From Candidatus Iainarchaeum sp. (GTDB taxonomy: Archaea > Iainarchaeota > Iainarchaeia > Iainarchaeales > GCA-2688035): 19,863 nucleotides of DNA. The stretch's first letter is position 1. Each line of letters opens with the position of its first letter. The notes below the pieces were generated by a model. It had not been told where the DNA came from, ran no database searches, and saw only the letters and a program-made list of their open reading frames with translations. Shown one piece after another: positions 1-6,991 of the stretch. The DNA is taken from contig JAQTNI010000023.1 in assembly GCA_028713935.1 (NCBI GenBank), positions 1 through 19,863 of the forward strand, given 5' to 3'. A program made the position numbers and the translations under genes.

Positions 1-180
1 AGCCTTGGATTTTTCAAAGTGCCTAAAAATTTTTTTTGCAAGCCCGATTTTTATTTTGTGCCTGAAAAAAAACCACCAGGCAGCAAACAAGGCACAAACA
101 ATAATAATTATGATAAGTGGAAAAACAAGCCAGTCAAAAAGCCCAGGCTGAGCATTTGGAATTGAAGCTCCAAAAGCCAT
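1..180 (-). CDS. Partial ORF: N-terminal part of a small membrane protein, runs off the window edge
   Basis: The minus-strand ATG at 178-180 opens a frame that stays open to position 1: MAFGASIPNAQPGLFDWLVFPLIIIIIVCALFAAWWFFFRHKIKIGLAKKIFRHFEKSKA. It has one clear hydrophobic helix. It is absent from the supplied track because it is truncated. Confidence 0.3.
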   Translation of the reverse strand, partial: MAFGASIPNAQPGLFDWLVFPLIIIIIVCALFAAWWFFFRHKIKIGLAKKIFRHFEKSKA

Positions 181-227
181 GAAGATTTCAAGCATTTTAA
201 GAAATAGGCAGCCTCAGAATAAAAAGG

Positions 228-410
228 TTACTTTTTTTTCCAGACATTGGAAAAAAGCCAGACAAGGCCTCCGGCAAAAATAATCACTGCAATCAGCACA
301 TCAAGCTGAGCCCTGTCAATGAAATAATCGTAAATATACATGAAACTAGCGACTACCAAAACCAAGGCAATGACAATTTCAATAGTCGCGCTTTTTGATT
401 CTTCAGCCAT
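228..410 (-). CDS. Small two-helix membrane protein (60 aa), function unknown
   Basis: Track ORF 228..440. The codon at 440 is TTG; the in-frame ATG at 408-410 gives MAEESKSATIEIVIALVLVVASF...IAVIIFAGGLVWLFSNVWKKK, with two hydrophobic segments and a basic C-terminus. Confidence 0.45.
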   Translation of the reverse strand: MAEESKSATIEIVIALVLVVASFMYIYDYFIDRAQLDVLIAVIIFAGGLVWLFSNVWKKK

Positions 411-496
411 GCAAATCAAATAATTAGTGAAAAAAAACAAATATAAAACTTACTTTTGAGAGTTAAACAGTTAATAATTGGTTTTTTATGCCTTGC

Positions 497-1171
497 TCAC
501 TTTAATTTTGAAAGGACTTTTGTGCTTTTCAGTTCTTTCAAGGCATCTTTTGCAATCCATTTTGCGCTTTTTGAATCAATTTTAAGGATTTCTCGTGCAG
601 TTTTTATTGCAGCCCTGTTCAGAACCTTGTTTCTTTTTCCAACCTGCCTCAAAGCCCAGTTCACTGCTTTTTTCACAAAATTCCTTTCATCAGTTGCTTC
701 CCGCTTAATAATCTGCAAAAATTGCAAAAAATTTTCATTGCCCGCTTTTTTGTCATGCACTGAAAGCGTCGCCATCAGGGCAAAACCAGCTCTCTTTACA
801 AATTCCTCTTTTCTCGCTGGCCATTCAACTGCCTTTTTATATGCAAATTCTGTTTTGTCAAAAACATGCATGCAGCACTGGTCACAAACATCCCAGGAAT
901 CAAAATCCTTTGCCCATTCCTCAAGCTGTTTTTCAGAAACCTCTGCAGGATTTTCAATGATGCACGCAAGTATTCTCGCCTCATGAATTCTCGATTCCCA
1001 AAGTTGCTGTGCAAGCAAATGGCTTTTTTTGTGTTCCTGGCCAATTTTCCAGAGCGCAGGAATCGGCACTCCCAAAGTATTTTTTGGATTTATTCCAAAA
1101 CGGGCCATTCCCTCAATATTATGCTGGTTTTTCATGGCTTTCAATTTCAAAAGAATTTCTTCCGCATCCAT
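497..1171 (-). CDS. DNA alkylation repair protein (AlkD/AlkC-like HEAT-repeat family, PF08713-like)
   Basis: 224 aa. The helical-repeat sequence has motifs typical of this family: ARFGINPKNTLGVPIPALWKI, LWESRIHEARILA, DSWDVCDQCC, FVKRAGFALMA, ERNFVKKAVNWALRQVGKRN. Confidence 0.75.
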   Translation of the reverse strand: MDAEEILLKLKAMKNQHNIEGMARFGINPKNTLGVPIPALWKIGQEHKKSHLLAQQLWESRIHEARILACIIENPAEVSEKQLEEWAKDFDSWDVCDQCCMHVFDKTEFAYKKAVEWPARKEEFVKRAGFALMATLSVHDKKAGNENFLQFLQIIKREATDERNFVKKAVNWALRQVGKRNKVLNRAAIKTAREILKIDSKSAKWIAKDALKELKSTKVLSKLK

Positions 1172-1267
1172 TTTTCCACTTCAAAAAACAAGCCCAATTC
1201 CTTAAAACCCTGCTTGCCAAAATTAATATAAACTCCTAACCCAATTATTAAATTATAAACAACACTT

Positions 1268-1438
1268 GGACTCGTAGCCTAGCCTGGATAGGGCACCTGC
1301 CTTCTAAGGCCTTTCTTTGCCAAGCAAAGAAAGCCCTGGGAAAGAAACAGTTTTGCTCCGCAAAACTGGGATTGTTTTCCAAGCAAAAAATGGCTGTAAG
1401 CGAGCAGGGGGTCGAGGGTTCAAATCCCTCCGGGTCCG
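1268..1438 (+). tRNA. tRNA-Arg (anticodon UCU) interrupted by a ~96-nt intron (about 1307..1402) at canonical position 37/38
   Basis: Hand-folded cloverleaf. The acceptor stem GGACUCG (1268-1274) pairs with CGGGUCC (1431-1437), including one G-U pair; the discriminator is G1438. D arm is GCCU/GGGC with loop AGCCUGGAUA. The anticodon stem CCUGC (1296-1300) pairs with GCAGG (1404-1408). The anticodon loop is CUUCUA|A with U33 and anticodon U1303-C1304-U1305. Variable loop GGGUC. T arm GAGGG-UUCAAAU-CCCUC. CCA is not encoded. The splice point is ambiguous by 1 nt (A1306/A1307). Confidence 0.85.
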
Positions 1439-1527
1439 ATTCGCTATTGCAACAGCAATAGCGACCCAGTTAGTTTCCCAAGGCTTTCGAAAGCGACAGC
1501 GCTTCGAAAGGCTTATCGGGTCCGCTA

Positions 1528-1535
1528 TTTATAAA
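1528..1535 (+). promoter_or_regulatory. Archaeal TATA-like box (TTTATAAA) about 26 nt upstream of the ATG at 1558; implies a leaderless transcript
   Basis: TTTATAAA at 1528-1535. The same box-to-ATG spacing recurs at 1925-1934/1956 and 3551-3560/3585. Confidence 0.45.
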
Positions 1536-1557
1536 CATTTTGCAGGCGGTTTTTTGT

Positions 1558-1896
1558 ATGAAGAAGGCATTATTTCTGTTGGTTGTTTTGGCGATTTTGC
1601 TCAGCGCAAGCTTTGTTTCTGCAGGCAGGTTTTCCACTGCAGTTAGATGGATTAGCCATAATGTAAGCGAAGCCCATATTACAGTTGAAAACAGGCATTA
1701 TTCTGCAAGCATTGACTATTATGGCAGGCAGCCAAGCTACAATTATTATGTAACAAGTTATGCGCCTTCTTACAGGAACACTTATTATGTGCCGCCACAA
1801 ACTTATTATGCCCCAAGCGCCTATTATCCGCGCAACTATTATTATGTTTACTCGGGATATGGCGGTTATTCCGGGCCAGTAGTGGCATACGATTAA
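1558..1896 (+). CDS. Small secreted protein with an extremely tyrosine-rich C-terminal half
   Basis: Track ORF starts at TTG 1540. ATG 1558 gives MKKALFLLVVLAILLSASFVSA, a classic signal peptide. The C-terminal ~66 aa contain 21 Tyr (SYNYYVTSYAPSYRNTYYVPPQTYYAPSAYYPRNYYYVYSGYGGYSG). Confidence 0.6.
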   Translation: MKKALFLLVVLAILLSASFVSAGRFSTAVRWISHNVSEAHITVENRHYSASIDYYGRQPSYNYYVTSYAPSYRNTYYVPPQTYYAPSAYYPRNYYYVYSGYGGYSGPVVAYD

Positions 1897-1924
1897 AATT
1901 TAATCAAATAAATTTTTGCTTAGC

Positions 1925-1934
1925 TTTTTAAATT
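1925..1934 (+). promoter_or_regulatory. TATA-like box (TTTTTAAATT) about 26 nt upstream of the ATG at 1956
   Basis: A/T box with the same spacing to the start codon as at 1528 and 3551. Confidence 0.4.
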
Positions 1935-1955
1935 GTAAACAACTATTTTTTTCTG

Positions 1956-3068
1956 ATGGTTTATAAAATTTTTTTGTTGCCGGCAGTTTTTTTGGCTTTT
2001 TTTATTTTTCTGGGTTGTATTTCTAATGCACCATCAGATCAGGAAAAAATAAAAATCGGCGTTATCATTCCGCTTACAGGCGATGCTGCAATGTGGGGCA
2101 AGAACGCAAAAAATGGAATTGAACTTGCATACGACAATCTTGACTCTGAAACAAAAAACAAAATCCAGTTGATTTTTGAGGATGACCAATGCAATGGCCA
2201 GGCAGGGGTTACTGCTGCAAACAAGCTCATAACCATTGACAAGGCAAAATTCATTGTCGGCACTGTTTGTTCTTCTGTGACTCTTTCAATTGCACCTATT
2301 ACCGAATCGAACAAGGCCCTGCTTTTTTCTTCGTGTTCTTCAAACCCAAAAATTACCAATGCAGGAGATTTTGTTTTCAGGAACTTTGTTTCTGACATTT
2401 ATGAAGGAAGCGTAATCGCGGAACATGCAAAATCAAGCTTTAGCTTGAATAAAATTGCGGTTATTTACCTTAACAATGATTATTGCACAGGCCTCAAGGA
2501 TGTTTTCAAAAAGAAATTTGAAAGCCTTGGGGGAACAATTATTACCATCGAATCATTTGAACAAAACAGCAAGGACTTCAGGACTCAATTGTCAAAAATC
2601 AAGGCTGCTGACCCTGACGGGATTTATGTTGATTCCAATCCAGAGGAACAACCCATTATTTTGAACCAGATTAAAGAGTTGGGAATTGAAAAAATAATTC
2701 TGGCAAACAGTGCTTCAACAGAAGGCAATGATGCTTTGTTCACTGTTTCAAAAGGCGCTTCAGAAGGCGTGATGTTTGTTTCCCTTGCCTGGAAAGATCC
2801 TGACTGGTTTGTTGAGCAATACAAAAATAAATATGCTGAAACACCAGGAATTTGTTCAGACACAACTTATGATGCATTAAACCTTGTTGTTGATGCAATA
2901 AAGCAATGCGGAAAAGATACTGCCTGTGTGAAAGACAAGTTATACGAGGTAAAAGATTACAATGGTGTTGCAGGAATAACAACTTTTGACCAATACGGGG
3001 ATATAGCCGAAAAACCCTATGTCCTGAAAACAATTAAAAACGGAAAATTTGTTGAATACAAAAAATAA
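1956..3068 (+). CDS. Branched-chain amino acid (LivJ/Peripla_BP_6-type) ABC-transporter substrate-binding lipoprotein; no permease or ATPase genes nearby
   Basis: 370 aa. Signal peptide with lipobox FLGC. Type-I periplasmic binding protein hallmarks: KIGVIIPLTGDAAMWGKNAKNGIELA, DDQCNGQAGVTAANKLI, KFIVGTVCSSVTLSIAPI. Confidence 0.85.
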   Translation: MVYKIFLLPAVFLAFFIFLGCISNAPSDQEKIKIGVIIPLTGDAAMWGKNAKNGIELAYDNLDSETKNKIQLIFEDDQCNGQAGVTAANKLITIDKAKFIVGTVCSSVTLSIAPITESNKALLFSSCSSNPKITNAGDFVFRNFVSDIYEGSVIAEHAKSSFSLNKIAVIYLNNDYCTGLKDVFKKKFESLGGTIITIESFEQNSKDFRTQLSKIKAADPDGIYVDSNPEEQPIILNQIKELGIEKIILANSASTEGNDALFTVSKGASEGVMFVSLAWKDPDWFVEQYKNKYAETPGICSDTTYDALNLVVDAIKQCGKDTACVKDKLYEVKDYNGVAGITTFDQYGDIAEKPYVLKTIKNGKFVEYKK

Positions 3069-3076
3069 TTTTTTTT

Positions 3077-3550
3077 TTGGTGTTTGCCTTGAAATTGAAA
3101 AAAGACTTTGTTGCAACAGCGTTGATTTTTGATGAAAACAAAAAAATGCTCTTGGTTGATCATAAAAGGCTGGGCTTGTGGCTTCCTCCTGGCGGGCATA
3201 TTGAGGAAGAAGAAAATCCTGAAGAAGCATTGCTGCGCGAAATAAAGGAAGAAACAGGCTTTGAAATAGAGATTTTGGGGGAACGCTTCAGGGAAACAGA
3301 AATCAATGGAATTTCAAAAGCATTATTTTTGCCTTTTCATTTGCAGGTTGAAAGCATTCCAAAGGATTCCCACAGGGATTTTTTGCATGAACATATTGAC
3401 CTGATTTATTTGTGCAGGATTGTTGGCGGGAAATTGGCGCACGAAAAAAGCGCCCATCATGCAATCAGATGGTTTTCCCTGGAAGAAATGAAAAAAGAGC
3501 CAAGGGTTTCAAAAGACACTTTGCTGCTTGCTGAAAAAGCCTTGAAATAG
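3077..3550 (+). CDS. Nudix hydrolase
   Basis: Perfect Nudix box GX5EX7REUXEEXGU: GHIEEEENPEEALLREIKEETGF. The start is TTG 3077 (or GTG 3080), 8 nt after the preceding stop. The first ATG (M24) would remove a core beta strand. Confidence 0.85.
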   Translation: MVFALKLKKDFVATALIFDENKKMLLVDHKRLGLWLPPGGHIEEEENPEEALLREIKEETGFEIEILGERFRETEINGISKALFLPFHLQVESIPKDSHRDFLHEHIDLIYLCRIVGGKLAHEKSAHHAIRWFSLEEMKKEPRVSKDTLLLAEKALK

Positions 3551-3560
3551 ATTTTTAAAT
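3551..3560 (+). promoter_or_regulatory. TATA-like box (ATTTTTAAAT) about 29 nt upstream of the argS ATG at 3585
   Basis: A/T box and spacing consistent with a leaderless argS mRNA. Confidence 0.4.
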
Positions 3561-3584
3561 CTGAATTGCCAATTATAACTTGTT

Positions 3585-5300
3585 ATGGATTTCAAAAAAA
3601 GCCTTGTTTCCGCGCTTTCCGCTGCGCTTGAAAAAAAAGTTTCTGATGAACAATTGTCTTCTTTTATTGAATCACCAAAAGATTCAAAAATTGGGGCTTT
3701 TGCATTGCCCTGTTTCAAGCTCGCGCCTGTCCTGAAAAAAGCCCCTGCGGAAATTGCTTTGGAGCTCCAAAAAAAATTTGTTCTGCCAAAAGGGATTGAA
3801 AAGGCAGTTGCTTCCGGGCCTTACCTGAACTTTTTTTTGAAAAAAGAGAATCTTGCAGTGCAGGTTTTGAAACAGGTTTTTCAGCAGAAAGAAAAATTTG
3901 GCTGCAGCAAAATTTCAAGGAAAAGAATAATGGTTGAATATTCTGCTCCAAATACTAACAAGCCATTGCATCTGGGGCATCTGAGGAATGATTCAATTGG
4001 AATGGCTGTTTCAAACTGCCTGATGGCAGTGGGAAACACTGTTATAAAAGCGAATTTGTACAACGACAGGGGAATTCATATCTGCAAGAGCATGGTTGCC
4101 TATAAAAAATTCGGGAAAGGTTCTTCTCCGGCCAAAGAAAAAATCAAGGGAGACCATTTTGTTGGAAAATTTTATGTCTTGTTTTCAAAAGAGGCAGGGC
4201 AAAATCCTGCATTGGAAGAAGAGGCCCAGGAATTGCTTAAAAAATGGGAATCAAAGGACAAGGAAACAATTGCATTGTGGAAAAAAATGAATTCCTGGAT
4301 TTTAAATGGATTCAGGCAGACATATAAAGAATTTGGAAGCAAATTTGACATTGAATTTTTTGAATCTGTTTTTTTTGACAAAGCAAAGCCAATTATTGAG
4401 GCAGGGATAAAAAAAGGGGTTTTTGAAAAAAATTCTGAAGGCGCCTTGGTTGCATTGCTTGAGCCTGAACTCCCGAACAAAGTGGTTTTGCGCTCTGACG
4501 GAACAAGCATTTATGCAACAAACGATCTGGCTTTGACAAAGCACAAGTTTGAGAAATTCAAGCTTGATGAGGCAATCTGGATTGTTGGGAATGAGCAGAA
4601 CCTTTATTTGCAGCAATTGTTCAAAATTTTTGAAAAGCTCGGTTTTTCCTGGGCAAAAAAATGCAGGCATCTTTCCTTTGGAATGGTTTTTTTGCCTGAA
4701 GGCAGAATGAAATCAAGAGAGGGAAAAGTTGTTGATGCAGATGATTTGATTAATGAAATGGCTTTTCTTGCCGCAGCTGAAATAAAAAAAAGGCATAAGG
4801 GCTTGAGCGAAAAAGAAGTTGCAAAGAGAAGCAAAAAAATTGCTTTGTCTGCAATAAAGTTTTTTCTTTTGAAAATCGATTCAGCAAAAGACATGAATTT
4901 TGACCCGGAAAAAAGCATTGCTTTTGAAGGCGAAACAGGTCCTTATGTGCAGTATACTTATGCAAGGGCAAAAAGCATTTTGCGCAAATCAAAAAAAACT
5001 GGTTTTGCAAAAGCAAATTTTGGCCTCCTGAAGGAGCAATCAGAATCAGAGCTTGTTTCCCTGCTAGCGGATTTTCCAGGGGTTGTGCAAAAAACAGCTT
5101 CCCATCTAAGCCCACACGTGTTATGCCAGTATTTAATCGGGCTTTCTGAAAAATTCAATTCTTTTTACCATGCAGTGCCAGTACTGCAGGCAGAAAACAA
5201 GAAGATTGCGGAAGCAAGGCTTGCGCTTGTAGCTGCAACTGCCCAAACACTGAAAAACGGTTTGGCATTGTTAAACATTGAAACTCTGGAAGAAATGTAA
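3585..5300 (+). CDS. argS: Arginyl-tRNA synthetase
   Basis: 571 aa. Class I HIGH motif (NTNKPLHLGHLRN). Typical ArgRS blocks: RSDGTSIYATNDLA, ETGPYVQYTYARAKSIL. Characteristic C-terminal ...LEEM. Confidence 0.95.
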   Translation: MDFKKSLVSALSAALEKKVSDEQLSSFIESPKDSKIGAFALPCFKLAPVLKKAPAEIALELQKKFVLPKGIEKAVASGPYLNFFLKKENLAVQVLKQVFQQKEKFGCSKISRKRIMVEYSAPNTNKPLHLGHLRNDSIGMAVSNCLMAVGNTVIKANLYNDRGIHICKSMVAYKKFGKGSSPAKEKIKGDHFVGKFYVLFSKEAGQNPALEEEAQELLKKWESKDKETIALWKKMNSWILNGFRQTYKEFGSKFDIEFFESVFFDKAKPIIEAGIKKGVFEKNSEGALVALLEPELPNKVVLRSDGTSIYATNDLALTKHKFEKFKLDEAIWIVGNEQNLYLQQLFKIFEKLGFSWAKKCRHLSFGMVFLPEGRMKSREGKVVDADDLINEMAFLAAAEIKKRHKGLSEKEVAKRSKKIALSAIKFFLLKIDSAKDMNFDPEKSIAFEGETGPYVQYTYARAKSILRKSKKTGFAKANFGLLKEQSESELVSLLADFPGVVQKTASHLSPHVLCQYLIGLSEKFNSFYHAVPVLQAENKKIAEARLALVAATAQTLKNGLALLNIETLEEM

Positions 5301-5304
5301 CAAT

Positions 5305-5547
5305 TTATTCCAATTCCACGCCATCATTCATGTTCTGGCCACGGGTCGCCGTGTTTTGAATCCTTCTTATTTCTGATTCCAATTTGGAAACTTTGCCTTT
5401 CCTGTCTTCAATCTGCGCCAAAAGCTCTTCTTCTTCCTCAGGATAAAGCAAGCCGCTTTTTTTCTTTTGCACAAGCCTTTTTTCAAGGTTTGCTATTTCA
5501 ACACCGAGCTTTTTTATTCCATATTCAATGTCTTTTATCTCATCCAT
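5305..5547 (-). CDS. 80-aa highly charged coiled-coil protein, last gene of the radical-SAM operon
   Basis: ATG 5547 is preceded by GGAGGAG at a 5-nt spacing. The upstream part of the track ORF overlaps the cupin gene. Sequence: MDEIKDIEYGIKKLGVEIANLEKRLVQKKKSG...KVSKLESEIRRIQNTATRGQNMNDGVELE. Confidence 0.5.
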   Translation of the reverse strand: MDEIKDIEYGIKKLGVEIANLEKRLVQKKKSGLLYPEEEEELLAQIEDRKGKVSKLESEIRRIQNTATRGQNMNDGVELE

Positions 5548-5566
5548 TATGACTCCTCCAAAAAAA

Positions 5567-5929
5567 TTATTCCAGCACTTCTTCATCCTCTTTTTTCCAT
5601 GCAGGCGAAACAATGCACAAAAAAACAAGGCTTTTTTTGCCGGTATTTTTTATTCTCTGTTTTGCATTTGCAGGAATAAAAACAGCCTGCCCTGATTTTA
5701 CGCTCTCAGCTTCTTCATCAATCTGCATCAGCCCTGTTCCCTGCAAAATAAAATAAAGCTCTGAGTTTTTCAGCCTGTGCCAGAAAGAGGTTTTCCCCGG
5801 CTTTAAAGCTGCTTCTCCAATGCAGTAGTTCAAATCAACATTGTCAAAAGCAGGATGCAAAATTGACCTGAAAATTGTTTTGTCGCCTGCAATGAATTTT
5901 TTGCTTTTTGCCAAATCTTTGATTAACAT
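5567..5929 (-). CDS. Cupin-fold protein (cupin_2-like) with degenerate metal-binding motifs
   Basis: ATG 5929 lies 25 nt after the upstream stop. Cupin motif 1 is GKTSFWHRLKNSELYFILQG (HXH reads HRL). Motif 2 is GQAVFIPANAKQRIKN (the His position is Gln). Confidence 0.7.
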   Translation of the reverse strand: MLIKDLAKSKKFIAGDKTIFRSILHPAFDNVDLNYCIGEAALKPGKTSFWHRLKNSELYFILQGTGLMQIDEEAESVKSGQAVFIPANAKQRIKNTGKKSLVFLCIVSPAWKKEDEEVLE

Positions 5930-5954
5930 GTAAATACTGATAGAATGAGTTTTT

Positions 5955-6974
5955 TTATTTGTTTTGATTTGGGATTTTTGGCCTGTAAGGACAGGTTCCA
6001 TTGCAGGTTTTTCTGTCGTGCATTGGAAATTTTTCAATTATCTTTTTTTGCAGTTTCCTAATTGAATTTTCCCTTATGTTGCCTATTATTGTTTCATTGG
6101 CATCACAGGGGCTTACGTTTCCATTGCCCCATATTTCAATAAATTCAACGCAGGGCATTGTTGCAAAATTATTGTAAATGGGATGTTCAAAACCATATTC
6201 CTTGTCAACTCTTTCCACTGTTTTTCTTAAAACCTTTTTTTCTTCTTCGTTTAACATTATTGCCCTGTCAAAAGAGTCTTTTCCGCTTCTTCCCGCAGGA
6301 AGAAAATCATTGAAAACAACCCAGAGATTATTTTCCCTGCAATAACGCAAAGTTTTTTCCACTTCGTGCATATTTTTTCTTGAAATAACCATTACAAAGC
6401 CAAGCCTTGTTGTGCCGTCTTTTTCCACTTTGTTAAAGCCTTCCTTAATCAGCAAATTTATGGCTTCATTCCTCTGTTCAAAATATTTTCCAGTTTTATC
6501 CCTTACTACCCAATTCTGGTATTCCGGATTGAATAGGCTGTCACATTTTGGGCAGATACTTGCGCCTGTTTTTTTGATTTTTCTTACAAAATCAATGTCG
6601 CGCATTTTTGTTGCGGCTTCAGTGAAAACTATTGGCTGAATTCCTTTTTTTGCAGTGTACCCAATTATTTCAAAAAAATCTTCATCAAGAGTTGGCTCGC
6701 CTTCCCCCAAAAAATCAATTGCCCTTGTATGCAATTCAGCAAGCTGGTCAATAATGCTTTTTATTTCTTCCAGTGTTAAATCTTTTTTCTGCTTGTCTGT
6801 AAAACAATGAAAACAATCCCGCGGGCAAGCGGAGGTCATAACCCTTAAGTCAACAACAGGCAATTTTTCAGGGTCATGATAATCTTGTTCAGGAATATTC
6901 CATCCTTTGATAACAGCGCCTATTCCAATAGGCACTTTTCCCAAGCCAAAATATGGCTGCTTCGAAAGTTTCAT
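5955..6974 (-). CDS. Radical SAM enzyme with C-terminal twitch/partial-SPASM domain (paralog B)
   Basis: 339 aa. CxxxCxxC cluster motif CPRDCFHC. SAM-binding GEGEPTL. C-terminal C-x14-C containing GNVSPC (GX4C), then IGNIRENS and CNGTC. Confidence 0.85.
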   Translation of the reverse strand: MKLSKQPYFGLGKVPIGIGAVIKGWNIPEQDYHDPEKLPVVDLRVMTSACPRDCFHCFTDKQKKDLTLEEIKSIIDQLAELHTRAIDFLGEGEPTLDEDFFEIIGYTAKKGIQPIVFTEAATKMRDIDFVRKIKKTGASICPKCDSLFNPEYQNWVVRDKTGKYFEQRNEAINLLIKEGFNKVEKDGTTRLGFVMVISRKNMHEVEKTLRYCRENNLWVVFNDFLPAGRSGKDSFDRAIMLNEEEKKVLRKTVERVDKEYGFEHPIYNNFATMPCVEFIEIWGNGNVSPCDANETIIGNIRENSIRKLQKKIIEKFPMHDRKTCNGTCPYRPKIPNQNK

Positions 6975-6991
6975 TTGCGCATCGCCTGTTT

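Noticed and set aside
456-1239. Plus-strand ORFs 456..986, 866..1231 and 1009..1239, and minus-strand ORF 796..1044
   Set aside because: These are shadow frames over the AlkD-like gene, with Phe/Leu/Ser/Cys-rich nonsense composition. Similar shadow ORFs inside argS, leuS, alaS, the radical-SAM genes and the secreted toroid protein were dismissed for the same reason.
1307-1402. C/D box sRNA embedded in the tRNA intron, as in some archaeal tRNA-Trp introns
   Set aside because: The intron contains no RUGAUGA (C box) or CUGA (D box) motif.
1317-1646. 109-aa plus-strand ORF
   Set aside because: It starts inside the tRNA-Arg intron and runs through the tRNA 3' exon and trailer hairpins. It also overlaps the better-supported signal-peptide ORF that starts at 1558.
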